A stretch of 32,000 nt of DNA from Candidatus Heimdallarchaeota archaeon (GTDB lineage Archaea > Asgardarchaeota > Heimdallarchaeia > Heimdallarchaeales > Heimdallarchaeaceae): assembly GCA_030668875.1 (NCBI GenBank), contig DAOVER010000028.1, positions 1-32,000 of the forward strand, given 5' to 3'. This document shows, piece by piece, positions 24,387 to 32,000 of this stretch (position 1 is its first letter; every line of letters starts with the position of its first letter). A program made the position numbers and the translations under genes. The notes under the pieces are model-generated. The model searched no databases. It saw nothing but the letters and a program-made list of their open reading frames with translations, and was not told the origin of the DNA.

Positions 24387-25283
24387 ATGGATGATATGTT
24401 TCTAAAGAATCTTCCACTTTCTTCGAGGGAGACAGTTGATTTCTCCATATTCCCTTGGCTTGAACTAGATTATGTTGAAGTAGAAGAAGGAATACATCTT
24501 CGAGTATTCAAGATCAAATGTAAAAAATCGATTTCAAAGATTAATATTGTTGTAGTTGCAGGTCTTTGTTCTAATTTCTTAGGATGGATTGATATTGATA
24601 ATGAGCTTTCAAATATTGGTGATATCTATCATATTGAATCTAGAGAAAAAAGTTCTGCTATGCATTACAAAAGGAAGATAAGTTATTCAATGGAGAGATA
24701 CGCGACAGACATAAGTAAAGTAGTTGAGCACTACAATTTGAATGAAGAAGGCTTCTATTTATTTGGTGATTCTTTTGGATCAGAAGTTGCTGTAAAATAT
24801 CTGGATAGGGGATATCATCCTCCAAAAGGTTTGATCCTTATCAGTCCTGAGGCTAGTTTTTCATTCTCAGGTTGGATGAAGGTTCTTTTTAGGTTACTCC
24901 CTCACTGGTTATTTTATTTTTTCAAACCGTTATTAAAATTCATTCTAAAGTATCTTAGAACGGACATGAAAAATGATCCAGGTTCTTACTATCTAAACAA
25001 AAGGAATATTGTTACAAGTAATCCCAAAAGGATGAAGAATTGTGCGATGAATTTATTTTACTACAAATCAGACGCAGATTACTCTGTTATCAAATGCCCA
25101 ACCTTCATAATTGCTGCATCTACAGACAAAATGCATACTTTTGAAAAGAGCATTGATGTTGCTAAGAGAATTCCAAATACAACATTTGAGGATGTAATCC
25201 ATTATCAAGAAACGCACAGTAGAGAAACTGCTACAAAAATTTCTATATTCATTCTTGAAGTAGAGAAGGAAATTCAAGAATAA
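24387..25283 (+). CDS. Alpha/beta hydrolase (SREKS-motif paralog 2)
   Basis: VVVAGL, IESREKSSA, nucleophile elbow FGDSFGS, ASTDKMH, QETH; homologous to 3804-4682. Confidence 0.78.
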   Translation: MDDMFLKNLPLSSRETVDFSIFPWLELDYVEVEEGIHLRVFKIKCKKSISKINIVVVAGLCSNFLGWIDIDNELSNIGDIYHIESREKSSAMHYKRKISYSMERYATDISKVVEHYNLNEEGFYLFGDSFGSEVAVKYLDRGYHPPKGLILISPEASFSFSGWMKVLFRLLPHWLFYFFKPLLKFILKYLRTDMKNDPGSYYLNKRNIVTSNPKRMKNCAMNLFYYKSDADYSVIKCPTFIIAASTDKMHTFEKSIDVAKRIPNTTFEDVIHYQETHSRETATKISIFILEVEKEIQE

Positions 25284-25434
25284 ATTCAGCATATTTCGAA
25301 ATAGTCAATATGAGTCTAAATCCTCTTCCTTCCACTAATTTTCTTTTTTCCAAATTTCAAAATATTACCCATTAATAAACGGGCTCGAAGAAAAACGACA
25401 TTCCACCAAAAGGGAAAAAATGAAGAGAGAAGTA

Positions 25435-27300
25435 TTAGAAATATACCACTCCAACAAATCTCCAGAAGAATGGTAGAACAAAGGCAATCAGCAATAAACC
25501 GAAAATGTCAACTACCGAACCTATTCTTGCCATTTCTCTAACCGTATATTTACCTGTACTGTAAGCAATCATCGTTGGTGGCGTACCCTGTGGAAGCATA
25601 AAGTCCACACTTGATCCTATTGCTGCAACAACAGCTAAAAGGACGGGATCTATCCCGAATAGTAAACCTAACGGGATAACTAATGGTACAAGTATTGCAG
25701 CTGAACCAGTGTTTGAAGCTATGAACGTAAGAAATACACCAAGTATTGCGATCATAGCTATGAATAGAATTTTGTGTGCAATATTCAGATTCTCTAAAGA
25801 AAATGCAATCATATCTCCAGCTCCTGCTTCCGTTAAGACTACACCTAAAATTAAACCTCCACCGAAAATCAATATAGCATTCCAATTGAGATCATTTACA
25901 TCTCTTCCTTCTAATATTTTTGAACCACTAAATAATGTGGGAATAAATAACATAAATGCAGCAAAAAGAGCAACAACAGAAGAAGAGAAAGTTGGGAATA
26001 AGTATTTCTTAATCGTTCCTTCTAAGAACCATAGAATTAAAGCTAGTAAGAAAACTACTAAAACATAAATTTGTTTTTTATTTAGATGACCCATGTTATC
26101 CAGTTCCTTCTTAACTGCTGATTTTGCGTTGGAAATACTTTCTTTTGGTACTTCTGGTTTCATTATGAACCAAAGATATAGCCAAACTAAAGGTAACATC
26201 AGCAAAACTATTGGTAATCCAAAAATAAACCATTCAATAAATGTTATATGAACATCAGCGTATTGAGCAAGCAAAGCTATAGCAATGGGGTTTGCTGGGG
26301 TACCTATAGCTGAACCAATTCCACCTATGGACGCACTGTAAGCAATACCTAAAATTAGTGCTTTTCCATATCGATCGATTTTTTCTTCTTCAATCTCCTT
26401 ATTCACTTTGAGTTTATCTGTAACAGCTACCGCTATAGGAATCATTGTTGCAGCGGTAGCAGTATTACTCATAAACATTGAAAGAACAGCTGTAACAACC
26501 ATCATTAGCAACATCAAGATTTTTGGGTTGTCAGGACTAATTTTTACAATATTGAGAGAGATCCATTTATCTACTCCAGTCTTGTTCATTGCTTTTGAAA
26601 TTATAAAACCACCGAGAAATAGAAAGATGACAGGTTCAGCAAACGGAGCAAGTAAACCTTTAGCACTTAAGCTAAGAAATATCACACCAAAAATTGGTAT
26701 CATTATACTTGTTGCAACTAGAGGAATAGTTTCCATCACCCAGAGAATACCAACGAGAAACAACAATGTAAGAACTGCATTTGTTTTATACGGTAATCTG
26801 AAAGTAAATATCACCCATTCCTGGTTTATATGATCCTCTTTTATAGAAGATGCTGGTAAAGTAAGATCTAGTCCCTCAATATTTTCATCCGTTTCTATAC
26901 ACCTTATATCTATGCTAAAATTGCCAATAACCGGTGTTTGAGATACAGTTGTATTTGTTTCATCTGTTATTGAGACACGAAAAATGAGTTGTTGATCATA
27001 ACCTATCTCTATAACTGGAGAATATGCCAACAATAGTGTAAAATTGTTTCCTAAATCGTGAGTTTCTATTATTTCAGGATAAGTTGAGCTATTAGAAATT
27101 AGAAAAGTGAAGTTTACTTCAGCTGTATATACATGAGTTATATTACTATCATCCTTATAGTCATATCTTGCGTGCAAAGTAGCTTCATGATTGCTGATGT
27201 CAACTGTACCACGAGCAAATACCATAGTGAGTGTAATCGCTACAATTAACATAGTAAGTGTAACACCAAGTTTAGTCGCTTCTTGTTTTGTTATTTTCAT
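25435..27300 (-). CDS. DASS/SLC13 sodium-coupled di-/tricarboxylate (or sulfate) symporter with extracellular insertion
   Basis: METIPLVATS, FLFLGGF, SMFMSNTATAA, GSAIGTPANPIA, ASNTGSAA, FMLPQGTPPT. Confidence 0.93.
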   Translation of the reverse strand: MKITKQEATKLGVTLTMLIVAITLTMVFARGTVDISNHEATLHARYDYKDDSNITHVYTAEVNFTFLISNSSTYPEIIETHDLGNNFTLLLAYSPVIEIGYDQQLIFRVSITDETNTTVSQTPVIGNFSIDIRCIETDENIEGLDLTLPASSIKEDHINQEWVIFTFRLPYKTNAVLTLLFLVGILWVMETIPLVATSIMIPIFGVIFLSLSAKGLLAPFAEPVIFLFLGGFIISKAMNKTGVDKWISLNIVKISPDNPKILMLLMMVVTAVLSMFMSNTATAATMIPIAVAVTDKLKVNKEIEEEKIDRYGKALILGIAYSASIGGIGSAIGTPANPIAIALLAQYADVHITFIEWFIFGLPIVLLMLPLVWLYLWFIMKPEVPKESISNAKSAVKKELDNMGHLNKKQIYVLVVFLLALILWFLEGTIKKYLFPTFSSSVVALFAAFMLFIPTLFSGSKILEGRDVNDLNWNAILIFGGGLILGVVLTEAGAGDMIAFSLENLNIAHKILFIAMIAILGVFLTFIASNTGSAAILVPLVIPLGLLFGIDPVLLAVVAAIGSSVDFMLPQGTPPTMIAYSTGKYTVREMARIGSVVDIFGLLLIAFVLPFFWRFVGVVYF

Positions 27301-27320
27301 TTCATAACGCCTTTAAATTT

Positions 27321-28211
27321 TTAGTAAAACTCCTCTGTTATAATATCTATTTGCTCATCTGTTAAATCTAAAGGAGCTTGAGCAGGAATAATCCCTTGGT
27401 TCAGAGTATAATCTCTTTCTTCATATGTTGTTTTATTCTCAATTTGATAGAAAATACCAATAGGGATTTTATCTTTTATGAAAACTTGACTCCCTAGGTC
27501 TAAAGCTCCAGAGAAATTTTCTTTATCATGACCCGTGTCTTCAACTTTGTATACTTTCTGTCTGAAATAGTCAAAAGTTTGATTCTTGTTAAACGTTATA
27601 CATGGACTTAACACATCAACATAAGCAAATCCTCTATGGGCAATAGCTTCTTTGATAATCCAACTAAGATGTTTAAGGTCGCCTGAAAAGCCTCTAGCAA
27701 CAAAAGTAGCTCCAGCTGCTAGAGCAACAGAAATGGGATTAAGAGGGTTCTCAATAGATCCACGAGGAGTTGTTCTAGTAATAGTTCCAACTGGTGTGGT
27801 AGCACTTGCTTGTCCAGTAGTTAAACCATAAACATAATTATTTGAAACAATAGTAATAATGTCAACATTTCTTCTACAAGAATGTAGAAAATGGTTTCCA
27901 CCAATACCGTAGATGTCTCCATCTCCACCATAAACCATAACTGTGAGTTTTGGATTTGCAAGACGAATTCCAGTTGCTGTTGGAATACCCCTTCCATGAA
28001 GTGTTTGTAATCCATAAACTTTGAGAAAATTCGGTATATGTGATGAACAACCGATTCCACTAACGACAACAACTTCCTCTTGGGGGATTTCAAGTTCAAT
28101 CAATGCTTGTCGAATTGCTCTCCACTGAGAAAAATTCCCACAACCAGGACACCAGGTTGGTTTAAATGAACTTTCAAAATCCTTCAAAGATAAAGTATAT
28201 TCTTCACTCAT
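27321..28211 (-). CDS. korB: 2-oxoacid:ferredoxin oxidoreductase beta subunit (TPP-binding)
   Basis: WCPGCG, SGIGCSS, LHGRG, GGDGD..GIGGNH, NYVYGLTTGQAS, SPCITFN. Substrate specificity cannot be determined from sequence. Confidence 0.92.
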   Translation of the reverse strand: MSEEYTLSLKDFESSFKPTWCPGCGNFSQWRAIRQALIELEIPQEEVVVVSGIGCSSHIPNFLKVYGLQTLHGRGIPTATGIRLANPKLTVMVYGGDGDIYGIGGNHFLHSCRRNVDIITIVSNNYVYGLTTGQASATTPVGTITRTTPRGSIENPLNPISVALAAGATFVARGFSGDLKHLSWIIKEAIAHRGFAYVDVLSPCITFNKNQTFDYFRQKVYKVEDTGHDKENFSGALDLGSQVFIKDKIPIGIFYQIENKTTYEERDYTLNQGIIPAQAPLDLTDEQIDIITEEFY

Positions 28212-29952
28212 TCTTGACTACCTCCATTGCTTTTCCAACAATTTGTGACGGGATTATAGGTTCTCCATCCCACCGTAGTAATTTATGTTCAATTGAAACA
28301 CCTGTTTTCATTCTTATGAAATCTCTCAATTGTCCTGAGAAGTTCTGTTCAACAATCATTTTTCTTTTTGAATTGACTAATATCTTTTTTACTTCATCTG
28401 TATGAAAAGGTGTTATGTATTTTATATGTAGATGATTAGCTTTAATTCCTTCTTCACTTAATTGAAGGATAGCTTCTTTTACAATGTTAACTGTAGAACC
28501 CCAAGAAATTAGTGTTATTTCTGCATCAGCAGGTCCATCTAATTTAGGTTGATCAAGTTCTTTAACTAAGTAATCTAACTTCCTCATTCTTTTCTTTACC
28601 ATTTCCACTCTTATAGGTAAAGTGTCAGGTAAACCAGCTAACGTTGATGCAATAGATGTTCCCTCTTCTGTTCTCTCACTAGAACCTGTGAAGAACATAC
28701 CATTTTTTGTTCCTGGAATTGTTCTTTTAGAAACACCAGTTTCTGTTATTTCATATCTGCGGTAATTTTCATCGGGTTTTTCTATGATGTTATATCGTTG
28801 ATTCTTTCGCTTTAATTCTAATTTTCTTACTGTAGCATTCAATTCTGATAAGTACAAATCAAGTAGAACTATGACTACAACTTGATATTTTTCAGCAATT
28901 TCCACTGCTTCTGAACCAACCTTAAAAGCATCTTCTACTGTACTAGGGGCAATTATTACTTTAGGAAATTCTCCTTGACTAGCTCCGAAAGCTTGGAACA
29001 AATCAGCTTGTTCAGTTTTTGTAGCCATACCTGTTGATGGTCCAGCTCTTTGAGAGTTTATTACTACAAGAGGTATTTCTTCTATTCCAGCCATACCTAT
29101 TAATTCAGTCATCAAAGAAAAGCCTCCCCCAGAAGTTCCTGTAGCAGCTCTTGCACCACAATATGCAGCACCTATTGCCATTCCAACAGCAGCTATTTCA
29201 TCTTCTGTTTGTTTAACAATCATCCCAAGTTTTGGAAGATGCTTTGTTAAATAATGTACAATGCTTGTGGCTGGTGTCATTGGGTAACCAGAATAAAATT
29301 TCAATCCAGCTGAAAGCATTCCAAGCGCTATTGCTTCGTTTCCAGAAATAATCATTTGCCTTGCTTTGCCAAATTTATGTTTCTCCCATATTGGCAACCA
29401 GCTGTTTTCCTCAGCAAATTTTATCCCTTTATCTAAAGCTTCATAGTTTGTAATTATTACTTTTTCTCCCTTTCCACCAAATTGTTCTAGTATAACTTCT
29501 TTTATTAATTCAACGTCTAAGCCTAGGAGATGACTTATTGCACCAAAACTAACAATGTTTTTCAAAACTTTCAACTTCGATATTTCCTTAATTATTGCTG
29601 ATAAAGGAATTCCTAGTTTAACTATATCTTCTGGATAATCAAACTCATCTAGATCTATAATATCTTCATCGTAAATTACCATTGCGTTTGCATTTACAAG
29701 TGGTTTGTGAAGTTTTGCAACATGTTTGTTGAGGAGAACTATAATATCTGCATCCTCACCAACAGAGAGAACTTCATTGTGACTAAAACGAATTTGATAA
29801 GAATTATATCCACCCCTTATAACTGATTGATAGCTTCGAAAAGCTAACACATTAAAATTATGCATTTTGAGAATCTTCCCAAAAAGCAACCCAAGAGACA
29901 CTAAACCATCTCCAGCACTACCAACAAAACGCACAGCAAGATCTTTTTTCAT
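28204..29952 (-). CDS. korA: 2-oxoacid:ferredoxin oxidoreductase alpha subunit (gamma-alpha fusion)
   Basis: GSAGDG, IRGG, YSGYPMTPAT, QTEDEIAA, TGTSGGGFSLM, RAGPSTGMAT, SWGST, EQNFSGQL. ATG 29952 has a GGAGTG SD 6 nt upstream (track uses GTG 29961); 8-bp overlap with the beta subunit. Confidence 0.93.
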   Translation of the reverse strand: MKKDLAVRFVGSAGDGLVSLGLLFGKILKMHNFNVLAFRSYQSVIRGGYNSYQIRFSHNEVLSVGEDADIIVLLNKHVAKLHKPLVNANAMVIYDEDIIDLDEFDYPEDIVKLGIPLSAIIKEISKLKVLKNIVSFGAISHLLGLDVELIKEVILEQFGGKGEKVIITNYEALDKGIKFAEENSWLPIWEKHKFGKARQMIISGNEAIALGMLSAGLKFYSGYPMTPATSIVHYLTKHLPKLGMIVKQTEDEIAAVGMAIGAAYCGARAATGTSGGGFSLMTELIGMAGIEEIPLVVINSQRAGPSTGMATKTEQADLFQAFGASQGEFPKVIIAPSTVEDAFKVGSEAVEIAEKYQVVVIVLLDLYLSELNATVRKLELKRKNQRYNIIEKPDENYRRYEITETGVSKRTIPGTKNGMFFTGSSERTEEGTSIASTLAGLPDTLPIRVEMVKKRMRKLDYLVKELDQPKLDGPADAEITLISWGSTVNIVKEAILQLSEEGIKANHLHIKYITPFHTDEVKKILVNSKRKMIVEQNFSGQLRDFIRMKTGVSIEHKLLRWDGEPIIPSQIVGKAMEVVKNE

Positions 29953-30020
29953 GTTAAACACTCCGGCTTTAGATTCTGTTTAGCACTGTTCTTAGGGAGT
30001 ATATAAAATGTTTTGAATGA

Positions 30021-31133
30021 CTACAAAATTCCCGTGCCGAACCATACCAACAATGCAATTTCTGCTGGTAAAAAAATCAGTGCAATTATGGTCATAATAG
30101 CGATAAATCTGCTCGTTAACAATTCATCTAATTTAAAGAATTTTGCATAAGCAGAATTAGCAACAGCAGGAGGAGCCATAGTTTGTATGATTAAGGGTAT
30201 TTTTGCTACCAGGGGAATAGGAATAAAAAATATGGGAACAATACTAAGTAGACCTCCACCAAACCTAGAAAATATCCCTCTAAGTAGTACAGGTTCTTTC
30301 CATTCCTCTTTCTTAGGGAATCGGAAACTCAAACCAACTATAACCAACATTAAAACCATTGTGAAATCTCTAAATATCTCTGAGGCAATATGTACTTTTG
30401 TTTCCACAAAACCTGTAGTAAAAAATAAGATTAAACTTTCATCTATCAATCCTAACAGGATTTGTTGAGTATCCATATTGACATATCCAATTGTAAAACG
30501 GAGTATTAAACCTATGATCATCCCAATTGTTGGTGGAAACAGAAGAAGCCTTTTAAGTATTTGAAAAATGGATTTTTTTGAACTTAGATCAGAATTTGTT
30601 CCATAATGTATTCCCAAGTAAACCCCAAAACTGTTTCTTAAGATGGTTTGTGCTAGAAGATATAGAGAAGCAGCTAATATTCCTTCAGCTTGATACTGGC
30701 TTGGTAAAATACCGATGATTATTGGAAAAGGGAAGAATAAAGCATTCATAAAACCAGATGATGTTATTTCAGCTCCCTTCTGTGCCATGGAAATTTCTTC
30801 AATGGTAGAAACCTCCTCATCACTCATTGAAGCTTTCTTCTTAGCATTTGAAATCTCTTTTAGTTTTATGAGAATAGAGTTGAGTATCATTGGAACCATT
30901 GTTCCTACAACAGTCATAGAAGCTATTAACCACCAGTTAACACCAGTAAAAGTATCGATACTAAGAAATACCATAATGAGAAGAATAGGAGTAAAAATAT
31001 TCAAGCCCACAAATAATATCCATTTACCTACTTGATCGGCTTTTGACCATTTTTGGAGCAACATACCAGCTCCTATACCTACATAGATTATACCTACTCT
31101 TAATGCTAATTCAAGCAGATAATGTAAAACCAT
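30021..31133 (-). CDS. AEC (auxin efflux carrier / malate permease-like) family transporter
   Basis: About 10 TMs; two crossover motifs GFMNALFFPFPI and QTMAPPAVANSAYA; FPPTIGMIIG. Confidence 0.8.
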   Translation of the reverse strand: MVLHYLLELALRVGIIYVGIGAGMLLQKWSKADQVGKWILFVGLNIFTPILLIMVFLSIDTFTGVNWWLIASMTVVGTMVPMILNSILIKLKEISNAKKKASMSDEEVSTIEEISMAQKGAEITSSGFMNALFFPFPIIIGILPSQYQAEGILAASLYLLAQTILRNSFGVYLGIHYGTNSDLSSKKSIFQILKRLLLFPPTIGMIIGLILRFTIGYVNMDTQQILLGLIDESLILFFTTGFVETKVHIASEIFRDFTMVLMLVIVGLSFRFPKKEEWKEPVLLRGIFSRFGGGLLSIVPIFFIPIPLVAKIPLIIQTMAPPAVANSAYAKFFKLDELLTSRFIAIMTIIALIFLPAEIALLVWFGTGIL

Positions 31134-31211
31134 TAAAAAAGAGTGATTGAAGGGGATTAATAAACCTTTTAATTTTACTATTATCCCTTTTCTTTCTTCT
31201 CTTCTATTTCA

Positions 31212-32000
31212 CTAAACGTAAATTTCTCTTAGGTTGGACAATAAGAGTGCATAGATGGGATTTTTATCTTTTTCAGCAACATCCTTAGCAACCAGCATCT
31301 CACTCAGATTTTGTGTAGTTTGTAAAATTACTGTTGGTGCGGTTGTTTCAATTAAGGGTAGTTGACGAATTTTCATTCCCTGAAGAGAAGTATTGTATTG
31401 AACACATATTTTTGATAGCACTTTGCACTCTTCTTCAGCAGAGATCATATCTCCAACACTATCTTGCAACCAAGAGAGTGTGCCACCCTTAGTCAGACTC
31501 ACAAGCCATAGAAGAAGAGAAAAACCGTGCAAACTACTACTATTACCCAGAAGAATGTATTGATTGATAAACTCAAGTAGCATTCCAAGAGAATTTAATA
31601 TCTTTTTATCTTTCTCAAATAGTTGAACAGTTAATATGAAATCTTTCTGAAAATCACTAATATCTTTCTTATATTTTGCATCAATTTTAAGGAATTTATC
31701 TCTTTCTTCCTTCATTTCTTCAAATTCTTTGTCAATAATATCCATTTCTTCAAGAATTACATCAAGTTCAGCCTGTTTGTCTTTTCGTACTTTCAAATCT
31801 TTGACATAGTTAACGACCATTTCAGTAATAGCAGTCTGCTTTTCTTTTATTTCATCTTCTGAGGATTCAATTTTTTCTGCTAAAGCATCCTTTCCTTGCA
31901 TTGCCAGGTTTGTTTGCTTTTGCCATTTCATTCCTCCTTCAAGAACTTTGGATGAAAGGATTTTTTCAATTGATTTTGCTAACAGATATTTCCTATACTT
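31212..32000 (-). CDS. Hypothetical protein with coiled-coil segment, probably 5'-partial
   Basis: The frame is open for 23 more codons upstream of ATG 31931 to the window edge (KYRKYLLAKSIEKILSSKVLEGG). E/K-rich heptad-like stretch followed by a helical domain. Confidence 0.7.
   Translation of the reverse strand, partial: KYRKYLLAKSIEKILSSKVLEGGMKWQKQTNLAMQGKDALAEKIESSEDEIKEKQTAITEMVVNYVKDLKVRKDKQAELDVILEEMDIIDKEFEEMKEERDKFLKIDAKYKKDISDFQKDFILTVQLFEKDKKILNSLGMLLEFINQYILLGNSSSLHGFSLLLWLVSLTKGGTLSWLQDSVGDMISAEEECKVLSKICVQYNTSLQGMKIRQLPLIETTAPTVILQTTQNLSEMLVAKDVAEKDKNPIYALLLSNLREIYV

Noticed and set aside
25292-25303. 12-bp palindrome TATTTCGAAATA between convergent hydrolase and DASS genes
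   Set aside because: AT-rich, isolated and not repeated elsewhere that I could find; at most part of a terminator.
159-31035. Short or antisense ORFs in the track (e.g. 159-380, 215-457, 1118-1342, 2434-2661, 2769-3014, 5783-6064, 6044-6253, 7263-7487, 10886-11182, 12212-12445, 14786-15277, 15560-15853, 25550-26833 set, 27821-28405, 30187-31035)
   Set aside because: All overlap longer genes with clear family motifs, either antisense or out of frame, and show no recognisable motifs. They are treated as shadow ORFs.
1-32000. CRISPR array, tRNA, rRNA
   Set aside because: No regularly spaced 25-45 bp repeats with spacers, no cloverleaf or T-loop (GTTCRA) context, and no long GC-rich non-coding stretch. 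Intergenic gaps are all under 230 bp.

Overview
AT-rich, densely coding archaeal chromosome segment. The archaeal assignment rests on the pantoate kinase/phosphopantothenate synthetase route to CoA and on TTTA(A/T)ATA-type TATA boxes about 21-31 nt before several start codons. An Asgard/Heimdallarchaeia-like host is my inference only. In order, the window holds: (1) a secreted, C-terminally anchored glycoprotein running off the left edge and missed by the ORF track, with a striking palindromic GTTGC/GCAAC array upstream; (2) a membrane-tethered wHTH regulator and an Atg22/UMF1-like MFS; (3) two alpha/beta hydrolases; (4) three GT2 glycosyltransferases, two of them an exactly colinear 1760-bp tandem duplication with near-identical internal tracts; (5) a CoA biosynthesis cluster (pps, panB, pok, panE, coaBC) with ferritin and a Nudix hydrolase; (6) a solo TnpB with a rearranged RuvC-II site, flanked by an unexpected 19-bp inverted repeat and a structured 3' end; (7) a stand-alone E2-type acyltransferase domain and an orphan CcrM/M.HinfI-like methyltransferase; (8) an S9 peptidase, an MMPL transporter and a third hydrolase; (9) a DASS transporter with an extracellular insertion, 2-oxoacid:ferredoxin oxidoreductase alpha/beta and an AEC transporter; (10) a partial coiled-coil ORF at the right edge. 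I saw no CRISPR array, tRNA or rRNA. All family calls come from motifs recognised by eye, with no database search.
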